From Rhodoluna sp. (GTDB lineage Bacteria; Actinomycetota; Actinomycetes; Actinomycetales; Microbacteriaceae), in the NCBI GenBank assembly GCA_030831605.1, contig JAURKU010000006.1:7704-71703 (forward strand): DNA of 64,000 nucleotides, given 5' to 3'. Both the position numbers and the translations under genes were made by a program. Below, piece after piece: positions 17,994 through 28,398 of the stretch (its first letter is position 1; every line of letters begins with the position of its first letter). The notes beneath the pieces were generated by a model. That model saw only the letters and a list, made by a program, of their open reading frames with translations, had not been told where the DNA came from and searched no databases.

Positions 17994-18982
17994 GTCAATC
18001 AACCAGTAGGGGCCCATTACAAGCTGGCGAACGTGTTCAGCTCACTGGACCAAAGGGTCGACTAAATACAATCACTTTGTCCCGTGGCGCAGTATTTGGA
18101 ACACATCGCGGCAACATCAACCATGACGACATTATTGGGCTACCAGATGGTTCGGTAATTAGAAACGAAGCCGGCACCGAGTATCTTGTGCTCCGGCCTT
18201 TGCTGACTGACTTTGTTCTTTCCATGCCAAGGGGAGCAGCGATTATTTACCCGAAGGATGCTGCCAGCATCATCACTATGGGAGATATCTTTCCTGGTGC
18301 AAGAGTTGTTGAGGCTGGGGTTGGCTCGGGGGCGCTGAGTATGTACTTACTTCGTGCCATTGGCGATTCTGGAAAACTCATTTCTTTTGAACGGCGAAAT
18401 GATTTTGCTGAAATTGCTCAGGCTAACGTGAGTTCCGCTCTTGGAGTTAGGCCGAAAAACTGGGATGTCGTAGTCGGCAGCCTGCAAGAGGAACTTCCTG
18501 AGGTAGCTGAGAAATCAAGTGTCGATCGAGTGATTTTAGACATGCTGGCTCCTTGGGAGTGCATCGAAGTTGTTAGTGATGCCCTTGCCCCAGGGGGTGT
18601 TCTGATTTGTTACGTGGCCACGGTAACCCAGCTTTCTAGGGTAGCTGAGCAGATCAGAGCTTCAGCTAGGTTCACCGAGCCTGCTCCATTTGAAACCATG
18701 TTTAGAGGATGGCATCTGCAAGGTCTAGCCGTCCGTCCAGAGCACCGCATGTCAGGCCACACCGGCTTTATCCTGACCTGTCGAAAACTAGCTCCCGGAA
18801 CTGTTCTACCCAGTTTTACAAGACGAGCAAAACCAGAATTTGACCCAGAAGATATCGCAATTTGGAATGCCGACGCAGCGCTAGAAAGGCCAGTTAGCGA
18901 TAAACGAGTGCGTAAAAACTTGAAGCAAGCTCAACAATCAGCAGAATCTAGGCTAGGTCTTGAGCCTGATGAAGCCGAGTAA
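17990..18982 (+). CDS. trmI: tRNA (adenine58-N1)-methyltransferase
   Basis: MPRGAAIIYPKD, EAGVGSGAL, LDMLAPW, HTGF. Confidence 0.95.
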   Translation: MSQSTSRGPLQAGERVQLTGPKGRLNTITLSRGAVFGTHRGNINHDDIIGLPDGSVIRNEAGTEYLVLRPLLTDFVLSMPRGAAIIYPKDAASIITMGDIFPGARVVEAGVGSGALSMYLLRAIGDSGKLISFERRNDFAEIAQANVSSALGVRPKNWDVVVGSLQEELPEVAEKSSVDRVILDMLAPWECIEVVSDALAPGGVLICYVATVTQLSRVAEQIRASARFTEPAPFETMFRGWHLQGLAVRPEHRMSGHTGFILTCRKLAPGTVLPSFTRRAKPEFDPEDIAIWNADAALERPVSDKRVRKNLKQAQQSAESRLGLEPDEAE

Positions 18983-19014
18983 ACTATTCCAAGCACCTAA
19001 CAGAAAGTAGCTCG

Positions 19015-19983
19015 ATGAAGTCCGTTCGCCAAATCGCAGTGGTTATAAGCCTGCTAGCAGTTTTGACTGGCTGTGCCTCAGCCGATCCAAAACTGGCAGC
19101 TTTTGACGGCATAACCCCGGCTTGTGAAAAGTATGTTGGTGGGGCTGAAATTGACCAGGTGAAAGTTACCGCTGAAAAAGGCAAAATCCCGACCGTAGAT
19201 TTTATAACCGCTGATCCAGCAAATAATGTCGAGTCAAATCTTGCCAAAATCAAGACTGCCCAGACTAAGGTCTATCGCGAAGGAACTGGTCCGATGTTTA
19301 CCGGTGACCAACTAGTTATCGCGGAATACGCCGTTTTTAGTTCGACCACTGGCCAAGTGCTAGGTAATTCACAATTCAACGGAACCGATCCAGTTACTGA
19401 GATCTTTGATAAAGCTAACTCACCGGTTTACTGCAGCGCCATGTCGGGTATCCGCGAGGGATCGTTATTTGCTTTTGCAACGCCGGCCCAAGCAGATGAC
19501 CCAGAAGGCAGGCTTTTAGTTCTTGAATTCAAAAAGGTCTTCCTGCCTCATGCAAACGGTGCAGTCCAAGCCCCAGTAAGCGGACTTCCTCAGGTGGTTC
19601 GCGTTCCAGAAACTGGAAGACCAGGACTCGTCCAGCCGACATTTGATAAACCAAGTGAGTTTAAGCGCGCCGTTGTAATCGAAGGTAAGGGCGAAACAGT
19701 CAAGCTAGGTGACTCGGTAACGGTTCACTACTCAGGTTGGATGTGGCTAGATAAGCTCGGTGGCACTTTCGAATCCTCCTGGGATTCACGTCCAGCAACC
19801 TTCACCCTTTTGAAAGGCCAACTTATTTCGGGCTTTGTCAAGGCGATTGACGGTGTAAAGGTTGGATCTCAGGTTATTGCCGTCATGCCTCCAGCTGACG
19901 CCTATGGAGAGTCTGGCAATGGAACCATTCCTGCGAACACGACATTACTTTTTGTTATTGATGTTCTTGGTGTGAATAACTAG
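19015..19983 (+). CDS. FKBP-type peptidyl-prolyl isomerase, lipoprotein
   Basis: Lipobox LTGC; C-terminal FKBP domain (VTVHYSG, FESSW, AYG..G..IPANTTLLFVIDV). Confidence 0.9.
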   Translation: MKSVRQIAVVISLLAVLTGCASADPKLAAFDGITPACEKYVGGAEIDQVKVTAEKGKIPTVDFITADPANNVESNLAKIKTAQTKVYREGTGPMFTGDQLVIAEYAVFSSTTGQVLGNSQFNGTDPVTEIFDKANSPVYCSAMSGIREGSLFAFATPAQADDPEGRLLVLEFKKVFLPHANGAVQAPVSGLPQVVRVPETGRPGLVQPTFDKPSEFKRAVVIEGKGETVKLGDSVTVHYSGWMWLDKLGGTFESSWDSRPATFTLLKGQLISGFVKAIDGVKVGSQVIAVMPPADAYGESGNGTIPANTTLLFVIDVLGVNN

Positions 19984-19998
19984 GTATAAATATCTGTT

Positions 19999-21003
19999 AT
20001 GGACGATTTAGACCCGAATGAATACAAAATAGGTAAACCCGAAAGACTATTTAACTTAACTTGCCTCCTGCTTCACTTCAGCAACGGCATAAGTAAAAAT
20101 GACATCCTGCGAAGCATCCCCGCATACTCGGCAGAGTATGTCGAGGGCGGGGATAATTCATCGCTTGAACGAAAATTCGAAAGAGATAAAGATGAACTTC
20201 GGGAAACCGGAATCATGGTGGAAGCTGTCATTGCTGAGGTAGAAGATCAAAACAACCAAGCCACAAAATACGTCATTCGATCTGAAAGTTTCTTCTGGCC
20301 AAAGGGTCTCAGTCTAACTCCGCGACAACTAGCCCTTCTCAATCTTGCAGCCGACGCTTGGGCGGGTGGTTCACTTTCGGCAATCGCCAGCAAGGGGATA
20401 AATAAGCTCAGGGCTATGGGGGAGGTCAACGATGGCGACAGCATCATCGGTATCGCCCCGAGACTAAATTCCAATGAACCTAACTTGCACGAAATTGGAA
20501 CGGCAATTAACGAGCGGCGCGTGATTGAGTTTGATTACCGTAAGCCTAGTACCGGTGAAATCATGCCTAGAAGCATCGAACCATGGCTACTTCGTCAAAT
20601 AGCTGGCCAGTGGCTTGTCCTTGGCTACGACCGAATGCGCAATGCGCCGAGAAACTTCATGCTTAGACGAATGGTCAGCAACGTAAAAATTGCTCGAGGC
20701 ACACAGCCATTTGACCCGCCTAACCAGTCAGAAATTGACAACGCTATTGCTGATTTGGAGAAGTTAGCGGCAAAACAGGTTGCGGTAATCAAGGTTGAGA
20801 AAAACACTGAAGCCTGGTTCCGCTACGAACTGGATCTTGGTGCCACATCAAGTTCAGGCAAAGTTGAACTCAATTTCTACGACATGCATGTACTTGCAGA
20901 GCAGTTGCGCGAATATGCAGGGCAAATTCAAGTTATCAAACCCGACGATCTTGCCGCTCTGGTCAGAGATGGTTTCCAAAAGGTAGCTGATCAACATGGC
21001 TAA
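19999..21003 (+). CDS. pafB: WYL-domain transcription factor PafB
   Basis: ERLFNL, ERKFERDKDELR HTH, F.YRKP..R.IEPW..W.V.G.D..R WYL domain; upstream of pafC-tatA. Confidence 0.88.
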   Translation: MDDLDPNEYKIGKPERLFNLTCLLLHFSNGISKNDILRSIPAYSAEYVEGGDNSSLERKFERDKDELRETGIMVEAVIAEVEDQNNQATKYVIRSESFFWPKGLSLTPRQLALLNLAADAWAGGSLSAIASKGINKLRAMGEVNDGDSIIGIAPRLNSNEPNLHEIGTAINERRVIEFDYRKPSTGEIMPRSIEPWLLRQIAGQWLVLGYDRMRNAPRNFMLRRMVSNVKIARGTQPFDPPNQSEIDNAIADLEKLAAKQVAVIKVEKNTEAWFRYELDLGATSSSGKVELNFYDMHVLAEQLREYAGQIQVIKPDDLAALVRDGFQKVADQHG

Positions 21004-21991
21004 TTCAAGACTTAGCGATTCAGAGCGATTCAACCTCATGTTGGCCTTAACTGCGTTGCTGGTTGACCAACGTGAGTATGAGATTGAAGATTTGATGTCT
21101 CACTTCAAAACCACCCGCGAAGAGATTGTTGAAGCGGTGCGCCTAATCGGATTCACCGAGCTGATTGATATTTACGACCGTAGGCCATACATTGTTGATT
21201 TCGACGATCTGCATGATGGCCTGGTATCAATCCGTTTCAGTAATTCGGTCGACCTAACCGACGTACCACGCTTGTCCTCTAGACAAACATCGGCACTAGC
21301 AGCGGGCCTTGCATATCTGGCTGCTTTGCCAGGGCTTGCCGAAGTTGGCGAAATCGAAGAGTTGCAAAAAATCTTGGCAAGTGGAATTGATGATGAAAAC
21401 TCCAGATCTGAAATTCACATCGTGCCTGGCGCTGTGGATTCAGACTTGGCTACGCTTCGTCAAGCAATTACCAACAGGCTTTCAATTAGCTGTGACTATT
21501 TGAACCTCAAAGGCGAAACCTCCATTGGGCGAATTCTTGAACCGATCCGATTGGAACCGCAGGCCGAATTTGTCTACCTAAGAGCATGGTGTCCCACAAA
21601 CGAGGAAGTAAGGGCTTTCCGAATTGACCGAATGCGCAAAGCAACAGTGCTTCCGGATCGCCCAATCAGCGAGGCCGCCAAAACCGCTGAATTCCCAGAC
21701 GAGATTTACACACCGGGAGAGAACGATGTTGAAGTGGTGCTCGAAGTTGAACCCGAAGCCTATTCATTGATGCATGATTTCAGGCCAGTTGAAAAACCAG
21801 AGTCGGTATCCACTCACGTGAAGAGATTTAAGGTAAAAGTTGGCGATGTCAGAGTGCTGGGCAGAATCATCTCGCGCTTTGGTGGCGCTGCGAGAGTCAT
21901 AAGCCCTGAACCAGCAAAACAGGCAGTGCGGCGCTTCGCGCTAGAAGCAATCGGGGTCAGGAACCAGCAGGCCCCTAAGGACGCTGAGTAG
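20996..21991 (+). CDS. pafC: WYL-domain transcription factor PafC
   Basis: HTH + WYL (YLRAWC...RAFRIDRM) + WCX; overlaps pafB. Confidence 0.88.
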   Translation: MANSRLSDSERFNLMLALTALLVDQREYEIEDLMSHFKTTREEIVEAVRLIGFTELIDIYDRRPYIVDFDDLHDGLVSIRFSNSVDLTDVPRLSSRQTSALAAGLAYLAALPGLAEVGEIEELQKILASGIDDENSRSEIHIVPGAVDSDLATLRQAITNRLSISCDYLNLKGETSIGRILEPIRLEPQAEFVYLRAWCPTNEEVRAFRIDRMRKATVLPDRPISEAAKTAEFPDEIYTPGENDVEVVLEVEPEAYSLMHDFRPVEKPESVSTHVKRFKVKVGDVRVLGRIISRFGGAARVISPEPAKQAVRRFALEAIGVRNQQAPKDAE

Positions 21992-22224
21992 TGGCTGATT
22001 TTTGGCTAATAACTTGGCTGGTGCTAGGTGTTTCTACGATTATTTGCCTTAGCCTTGTCGGGTACCGACTAGCCAAGGCAACAAAGCGAATTTCTCGCTC
22101 TATCGACCCGATTGATCAGAAGATTAAGGCTCTGCGTCTTGAAGTTAGTGCATTGAAGCACGCGCGGTCCGATAGACAGCGTAGGCTTAACAAAGTCAAT
22201 TATCCAACAACGAAAAAAGGGTAG
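21991..22224 (+). CDS. Small single-TM protein with coiled-coil tail
   Basis: N-terminal hydrophobic helix; fills the gap between pafC and tatA with a 1-nt overlap. Confidence 0.65.
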   Translation: MADFWLITWLVLGVSTIICLSLVGYRLAKATKRISRSIDPIDQKIKALRLEVSALKHARSDRQRRLNKVNYPTTKKG

Positions 22225-22229
22225 CTACT

Positions 22230-22430
22230 ATGAGAAACCTTCAAGGCTGGGAATGGTTCTTTCTGCTATTGATCGTCCTGATTATCTGGGGCGCTCCAAA
22301 GCTTCCAGGATTTGCTAAGAGCCTCGGTCAATCGATGCGCATTTTCCGCAAGGAAATGAAGCAGATGGGCGAAGAGCGAACAGAAGACAAAAAGCCAAAA
22401 GTCGAGAAAGACACTAACAAAGAAGAGTAA
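22230..22430 (+). CDS. tatA: Twin-arginine translocase TatA
   Basis: TM helix followed by WGAPKLPGFAKSLGQSMRIFRKE. Confidence 0.93.
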   Translation: MRNLQGWEWFFLLLIVLIIWGAPKLPGFAKSLGQSMRIFRKEMKQMGEERTEDKKPKVEKDTNKEE

Positions 22431-23242
22431 TGGCTAAGCGCCCCAACCCCGAGAAAAAAATGAGATTGTCGGGGCACCTTCGAGAGTTTAGAAACAGGCT
22501 TTTCAAATCCGCTATTGCAATAACTTCTGGAGCGGTAGCCGGCTGGTATCTCTTTGATTATGTCTTTGCAGCTCTGCAAAAGCCCGTTTTAGAACTGGCC
22601 AAAGAAGCAAATATCAACGCTCAGGTTAACTTCGGCTCTGTCGTGTCTGCATTTGATCTACACTTACAAATTGCTTTTTTCATCGGTCTTTTTCTTTCCA
22701 GCCCGATTTGGCTATATCAAATTTGGGCATTCGTTTCACCGGCTCTACGTAAAAGGGAGAGACGCTATACCGTTGCTTTCGTCTTGACCAGCACGCCATT
22801 GTTTTTAGGGGGAGCATTCTTCGGTTGGTGGTTATTCCCCGGCTTTGTTAGGGGTTTACTCTCCTTTACACCAGCTGGCAGCGCAAACGTAATTAATGCC
22901 TCCGAATATGTTCTTTTCACAGTTCGAGTATTACTAATCTTTGGTATGGCTTTTGTCCTACCAGTAATACTCGTCTTACTAAATGCAATCGGAGCTATGT
23001 CGGGTAAAACAATTCTGAAAGGCTGGCGACCCGCAATTTTCATAATTGCAGTGGTAGGTGCACTAGCTACACCGGTTGCCGATCCGATGTCGATGTTCCT
23101 AATTATGATTCCACTAACAGCCTTCTACTATCTGGCTGCCGGCATCGCACTTTTGAATGATCGCAGAAAAGCCACGAAAAGGTCAAAACTAGTTGACGAG
23201 TTTGATTTAGCGGAAAATTACGCACCTGACGAAACAATCTGA
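22430..23242 (+). CDS. tatC: Twin-arginine translocase TatC
   Basis: HLREFRNRL, YQIWAFVSPAL...E, ATP..DP; six TM helices. Confidence 0.95.
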   Translation: MAKRPNPEKKMRLSGHLREFRNRLFKSAIAITSGAVAGWYLFDYVFAALQKPVLELAKEANINAQVNFGSVVSAFDLHLQIAFFIGLFLSSPIWLYQIWAFVSPALRKRERRYTVAFVLTSTPLFLGGAFFGWWLFPGFVRGLLSFTPAGSANVINASEYVLFTVRVLLIFGMAFVLPVILVLLNAIGAMSGKTILKGWRPAIFIIAVVGALATPVADPMSMFLIMIPLTAFYYLAAGIALLNDRRKATKRSKLVDEFDLAENYAPDETI

Positions 23243-25683
23243 TGAGTGAAGAACTTTCGCCTGCGGAGAGATTTGCTCGAGCAAAGCAAAATAGGGTGAA
23301 TCCCGCTTTAGAGAGTTTCTTAAATCTGCTTTCTTTTCCGCTTGATGATTTTCAGGAAAAGGCTTGTCGGGCTCTCATGGCGGGGCATGGTGTTTTGGTA
23401 GCAGCGCCGACCGGCGCTGGTAAAACAGTTGTCGGCGAGTTTGCCATACACCTGGCTAATCTAAGTGGAACTAAGGTTTTCTACACTACGCCGATAAAGG
23501 CCCTGAGCAATCAGAAATTCTCTGAACTAGTTGCCCGATACGGATCTGAAAAGGTAGGCCTACTTACGGGTGACACCAACATAAACTCAGACGCGCAATT
23601 CTTGGTGATGACCACTGAAGTTTTGCGAAACATGATTTATGCGAACTCTTCTGCACTTATCAACCTAAGTTTTGTTGTCATGGATGAGGTTCACTACCTT
23701 GCCGACCGATTCAGGGGAGCGGTCTGGGAAGAAGTTATCCTGCATCTTCCCAAAGACGTTAAAGTTGTTTCACTCAGCGCAACTGTTTCTAATGCGGAAG
23801 AATTTGGTGCCTGGCTTGATGAGGTCAGAGGAGACACCACTGTAATTGTCAGTGAGATGCGACCGGTTCCACTTAATCAGCATGTGCTCTTTGGTGATGA
23901 GCTAATGCCGCTTTTCCAAGAAGGCAAAAATGATATTCGAGTCAACGTCGATTTGGTGCAGCGTCACGCCAACAAAATGCGGGCACCCGTGGCAAGACCA
24001 ACACGCGGCAGACGAGGGCCGGGTGGGTTAGACCGAAACTATGGTCGGATACCGCGCCTATCTAAAGCTGAGATTATTGACATTCTCGAGGATGCCGATT
24101 TGCTTCCAGCTATATTCTTTATCTTTTCAAGAGCCGGCTGCGAATCTGCCGTCCAGTCGGTTTTAGCTTCCGGCATGCGGCTGACTAAGCCAGAGGATAA
24201 GCAGTTGATTCGTCGAATCGCTGAAGAAAAATGCGGCAACATCCCCGACGAGGATCTTGCGGCCCTGGGTTATTTTGAGTGGCTGAGCGCACTCGAAAGA
24301 GGAGTAGCAGCCCACCATGCTGGGATGCTACCTGCATTCAAAGAGGTGGTTGAAGAACTTTTTCTAAGAAAACTGGTCAAGGTAGTTTTTGCAACCGAAA
24401 CACTCGCACTTGGAATCAACATGCCGGCTCGAACAGTTGTTCTCGAAAGACTAGATAAGTTCAACGGTGAAGCGAGGGTTCAAATTACACCTGGCGAATA
24501 CACGCAGCTTACTGGGCGAGCAGGAAGGCGCGGCATTGACCTTGAAGGTCATGCCATTATTCAATGGGCTGGTAATCTCGACCCGAGTTACGTCGCATCG
24601 CTTGCCTCAAAGCGAACTTACCCACTCATATCGAGCTTCCGGCCGACATTCAACATGGCGGTAAATCTGATGGACGCATTCGGCGCTAAACGCTCCAGAG
24701 AAGTGCTAGAAACATCCTTCGCTCAGTTTCAGGCTGACCGTTCGGTTGTCGGGTTAGCCAAGGGCATTCGTGAGAAACAAGAATCGCTCAAAGGCTACTT
24801 GGCTTCGATGACTTGCCACCTAGGTAGTTTTGAAGATTACGCCAGAATCAGAAGAACCATTACTGATCTTGAAAAAGAGCAGGCGCAGCTTGGCAGACAG
24901 GTTAAGCGAAACGACCTGCGTCAGAAGCGTGGTGTTCGTGACTTTGATCTAAAAATCGCTAATCTCAAGCGCGAATTGAGAGCGCATCCCTGTCACAGTT
25001 GCTCCGATCGAGAAGCTCACGCACGCTGGGCTGAACGTTATTTTCGTTTAGCCAAAGAAACCGATGCGATTTTGAAGCAGATTGACTCTCGAACCAATCA
25101 GGTGGCCAAGACATTTGACCGCATAACGCAAATGCTTCTGGAGCTTGGCTACTTTGAGTTATCCGACGATGAAATAGAGAGCACAATTGACGGGAAAAGA
25201 CTGGCCCAGATTTATGGTGAGCGAGATTTGCTGGTTTCAGAGTGTCTGCGCCAGAACTGTTGGCAAGTAGTTGATTCTCCCACTCTGGCCGCTCTAGCCG
25301 CCGCGCTGGTTTATGAACCTAGGTTTGAAGATGATTCCTTACACCCGAAGCTCCCTAAGGGAGATTTTGGGCAAGCATTTGATCAAACCATGGCGATTTG
25401 GGACAACCTTCAGGAATTATCACAGACCTATCGTTTGCCCTTGACCAGCGAACCTGATGCCTCAATGGCACTGCAGATGCAACGCTGGGCCAGCGGTGCC
25501 CGCCTAGACTCGGTGTTGAAAGCCACCGGCATGCTGGCCGGTGATTTTATCCGCTGGAGCAAACAAACCATCGATTTGCTCGAACAACTGGCAAAACTCA
25601 AAGAACCGAAGCTTTCAAGTAATGCTGAGTTAGCCATAGAGAAGATCAAGCGTGGAATCGTTGCCTATTCCTATTACGCTTAA
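23242..25683 (+). CDS. helY: Ski2-like DEAD/DEAH helicase HelY
   Basis: APTGAGKT, DEVH, SAT, ATETLALGINMPA, GRAGRRG, C-terminal DSHCT-like region. Confidence 0.93.
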   Translation: MSEELSPAERFARAKQNRVNPALESFLNLLSFPLDDFQEKACRALMAGHGVLVAAPTGAGKTVVGEFAIHLANLSGTKVFYTTPIKALSNQKFSELVARYGSEKVGLLTGDTNINSDAQFLVMTTEVLRNMIYANSSALINLSFVVMDEVHYLADRFRGAVWEEVILHLPKDVKVVSLSATVSNAEEFGAWLDEVRGDTTVIVSEMRPVPLNQHVLFGDELMPLFQEGKNDIRVNVDLVQRHANKMRAPVARPTRGRRGPGGLDRNYGRIPRLSKAEIIDILEDADLLPAIFFIFSRAGCESAVQSVLASGMRLTKPEDKQLIRRIAEEKCGNIPDEDLAALGYFEWLSALERGVAAHHAGMLPAFKEVVEELFLRKLVKVVFATETLALGINMPARTVVLERLDKFNGEARVQITPGEYTQLTGRAGRRGIDLEGHAIIQWAGNLDPSYVASLASKRTYPLISSFRPTFNMAVNLMDAFGAKRSREVLETSFAQFQADRSVVGLAKGIREKQESLKGYLASMTCHLGSFEDYARIRRTITDLEKEQAQLGRQVKRNDLRQKRGVRDFDLKIANLKRELRAHPCHSCSDREAHARWAERYFRLAKETDAILKQIDSRTNQVAKTFDRITQMLLELGYFELSDDEIESTIDGKRLAQIYGERDLLVSECLRQNCWQVVDSPTLAALAAALVYEPRFEDDSLHPKLPKGDFGQAFDQTMAIWDNLQELSQTYRLPLTSEPDASMALQMQRWASGARLDSVLKATGMLAGDFIRWSKQTIDLLEQLAKLKEPKLSSNAELAIEKIKRGIVAYSYYA

Positions 25684-25689
25684 AGAGTT

Positions 25690-27276
25690 ATGCACGGATT
25701 ACTGAGTTGGATTAGAGAATCGACTTCTTTTTGGGGGAGAGCAGTTATTGCCCTAGTCGGGGGCTTGCTGCTGGCATTTGCATTTCCTGGATTTAATTTC
25801 GCGCCAGGATCTTTTCTTGGTGTCTTCCTCCTAGTTGTTGCAGTTCACAAGATTGGTGTTACTAAAGCCCTCATCGTCGGCTTTATCGCCGGATATGCTT
25901 TCTACGGTTTAGTTCTAATCTGGCTAACCACATATCTCGGCCCAATCCCTTGGATGGCTCTTTGCATAGCCGAAGCTCTCTTTTTTGGGATTTCGTTATC
26001 AATGATGTCTCTTGTTTGGCGTTGGCTAAATGGAATGAACTTAGGCGCACTAAAGCCTTGGTTGATGGCTGCATCCGTAGCCACTATTTACTTAGGTAGG
26101 GAATATTTTGCTGGTCATTTTCCCTACGGCGGACTACCTTGGGCTCGCCTTGGGCTCTCACAGGTAGAGAACTTCACCGCAAAGTGGGCTTGGGCGGTAG
26201 ACATTTCAGGGTTTAGTTGGCTGATTGCTTTCGTTTCAGCGCTAGCAGCGTTCTTCTTTTTACATCCGCTTCCACAAGGTTCTGGACTAGCTGCCAGATC
26301 AAGAAAATTTCTTCCAGTAGCTCTTAGCTTCGGGATTCTCATTGGAACACCCTTTGCCTTCCAGTTACCGATCGGTGAGGAAACCGGAAAGCTTAAGGTT
26401 GCAGCCGTTCAAGGCAATGCTAACGCCGGACTGTTTGCCATCAATCCGCCTGGCTCAATCTTGGGAAAGCATCTAGCAGTAGCCAAAGATCTAGTCGCCT
26501 CTGCAAAAGAAGAGGACATCGAACTGATGGTCTGGCCGGAAAATTCTTCGGATCTCGACCCACTTAATAACACCGAAGCAAATCTATTGATTAGCGAGTT
26601 TGTCACTAACGACCTAAAAGCACCTTTACTTTTTGGTAACAAGACATTCCGTGGAAAAGACTTTTTCAACGAGGTCGACCTATGGCTACCCGAGACCGGA
26701 TTATCGGATTGGTATGACAAGAAAAGGCCAGTGCCATTTGGCGAGTATGTTCCCAATCGAGATTTCTTTATGGCGCTAGCCCCGGATATGGTTGGTCTAA
26801 TCGGCTGGGACATGTCACCCGGTACACGTGATGGGATATTCAACGTCAGGGGAGAGGACAAGGTTGGTTCTCTTATTTGCTTTGAAGTCACCATCGACGA
26901 ACTGCACTATGACCTAATCGATCAAGGGGCTTCGGCTCTAATGGTGCAGACTAATTCTTCAGATTTTGGAAAGAGTGTGCAGGGAGTTCAATTAGCCGCG
27001 ATCTCTAGAATGCGTGCTATCGAGACTGGTAGGACCGTTGTTTCAATTTCAACTGTCGGTGTCTCTGGAATTTATGCTCCAGACGGTAAGGTCGTCGAAG
27101 AGCTGGAAAGTTTCGAGCCAGGCGCTATGGTTTCAGATATCGCGCTGCGAACAGATAAAACTCCAGCCATGGTTTTCGGAAGGTTTATTGAACCAACTGC
27201 ATTCGCGCTCACGCTAATACTTACCTTGTTTGCGGTCATCAGCTCTTTAGTGAAACGCTATAAAGGCCGCCGATGA
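25690..27276 (+). CDS. lnt: Apolipoprotein N-acyltransferase
   Basis: TM N-terminus, QGN, WPEN, K..VPFGEY, ICFE (E-K-C triad). Confidence 0.94.
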   Translation: MHGLLSWIRESTSFWGRAVIALVGGLLLAFAFPGFNFAPGSFLGVFLLVVAVHKIGVTKALIVGFIAGYAFYGLVLIWLTTYLGPIPWMALCIAEALFFGISLSMMSLVWRWLNGMNLGALKPWLMAASVATIYLGREYFAGHFPYGGLPWARLGLSQVENFTAKWAWAVDISGFSWLIAFVSALAAFFFLHPLPQGSGLAARSRKFLPVALSFGILIGTPFAFQLPIGEETGKLKVAAVQGNANAGLFAINPPGSILGKHLAVAKDLVASAKEEDIELMVWPENSSDLDPLNNTEANLLISEFVTNDLKAPLLFGNKTFRGKDFFNEVDLWLPETGLSDWYDKKRPVPFGEYVPNRDFFMALAPDMVGLIGWDMSPGTRDGIFNVRGEDKVGSLICFEVTIDELHYDLIDQGASALMVQTNSSDFGKSVQGVQLAAISRMRAIETGRTVVSISTVGVSGIYAPDGKVVEELESFEPGAMVSDIALRTDKTPAMVFGRFIEPTAFALTLILTLFAVISSLVKRYKGRR

Positions 27277-27989
27277 GGGTTTTAGTAATTATGCCTACTT
27301 TCAACGAGTCAGGCAACATCATCAAGAGCGTCGAGCAGCTGTTCACGTATAACCCGACTGTCGACTTACTTATAGTCGATGACAACAGTCCCGACGGTAC
27401 CGGAGAAATGGCTGACCAGTTAGCTAAGTCGAACTCGCAAATCTCCGTGTTACACAGAAAAGAAAAAGATGGCTTAGGCGCTGCGTACTTAGCTGGCTTT
27501 GAGATTGGAATCGCTAAGAAATACGAATTCCTGGTCGAAATGGATGCTGATGGTTCGCATCGAGCAGAAGATCTGCCAAAACTACTTGCCAAGTGTGCGG
27601 AAAGCGATTTGGTTATCGGTTCTCGGTACGTATCGGGTGGATTAACTTTAAATTGGCCACTGCACCGAAAGCTACTTTCTAGAGGGGGAAATCTCTACGC
27701 AAGAATTATGCTTGGCTCTAAATTAAATGACATGACGGCTGGATTTAGAGCGTTTAGAACATCGTTTCTACAAAAGCTCGACCTAACTGGAATCAATGCC
27801 AAAGGATACTCATTTCAAATTGAGATGGCCTACCGAACAGTATTAGCCGGAGGCCGGGTTACCGAGGTGCCCATTACTTTCGTTGAAAGGGAAATCGGAA
27901 ACTCGAAAATGAGTAAGTCAATTGTTACCGAAGCGCTACTGCTTATCACCAGATTCGGCTTTAGGCGCATAGTCGGTAAAACTAGCTAG
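27273..27989 (+). CDS. ppm1: Polyprenol monophosphomannose synthase (GT2)
   Basis: VDDNSPDGTG, EMDADGSH, GYSFQIEM; directly after lnt. Confidence 0.9.
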   Translation: MRVLVIMPTFNESGNIIKSVEQLFTYNPTVDLLIVDDNSPDGTGEMADQLAKSNSQISVLHRKEKDGLGAAYLAGFEIGIAKKYEFLVEMDADGSHRAEDLPKLLAKCAESDLVIGSRYVSGGLTLNWPLHRKLLSRGGNLYARIMLGSKLNDMTAGFRAFRTSFLQKLDLTGINAKGYSFQIEMAYRTVLAGGRVTEVPITFVEREIGNSKMSKSIVTEALLLITRFGFRRIVGKTS

Positions 27990-28335
27990 CGTTTTTCCTT
28001 CTGCGCTCTTTTAGGTCGGCTAGCGCTTCTTGCAGAATTACTTCTAACTCGTCCCTGCTTCTTCGTTCCAGTAGTAAGTCAAAATGAGTACGGACAATTT
28101 TCTGTTCACTTTCCGCAGCAGGCTCTATTTCCGCGCCATCGCGCTTAGCCGACTGACCACACTTCTTGCAATCCCAGAGTTCCGGTATTTCAACTTCCGC
28201 GGCAAATATTAATTCACTAACGTGCTCATTTGGGCAAGTGTAGGAAATGGTTTGTCTAGGGGAGAGGGTTACCCCTTCGATAGTTTCGTTGCTGACACTG
28301 CCTAGTCTGGATCCTCTTACTGGTTCTGAATTCAT
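27982..28335 (-). CDS. rbpA: RNA polymerase-binding protein RbpA
   Basis: RGSRLG, Y.C...H, W.C..CG, RTHFDLLLERRS..EL. Confidence 0.93.
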   Translation of the reverse strand: MNSEPVRGSRLGSVSNETIEGVTLSPRQTISYTCPNEHVSELIFAAEVEIPELWDCKKCGQSAKRDGAEIEPAAESEQKIVRTHFDLLLERRSRDELEVILQEALADLKERRRKNAS

Positions 28336-28398
28336 GGCCTTTTCCTAACTGCTCGGGTAACAAAGTTAACCCTAGAAAAGTGAACAAACTTCCCGTTC

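Noticed and set aside
19999-25683. WYL proteins plus helicase as a defence island
   Set aside because: This is the conserved actinobacterial pafBC-tatAC-helY locus.
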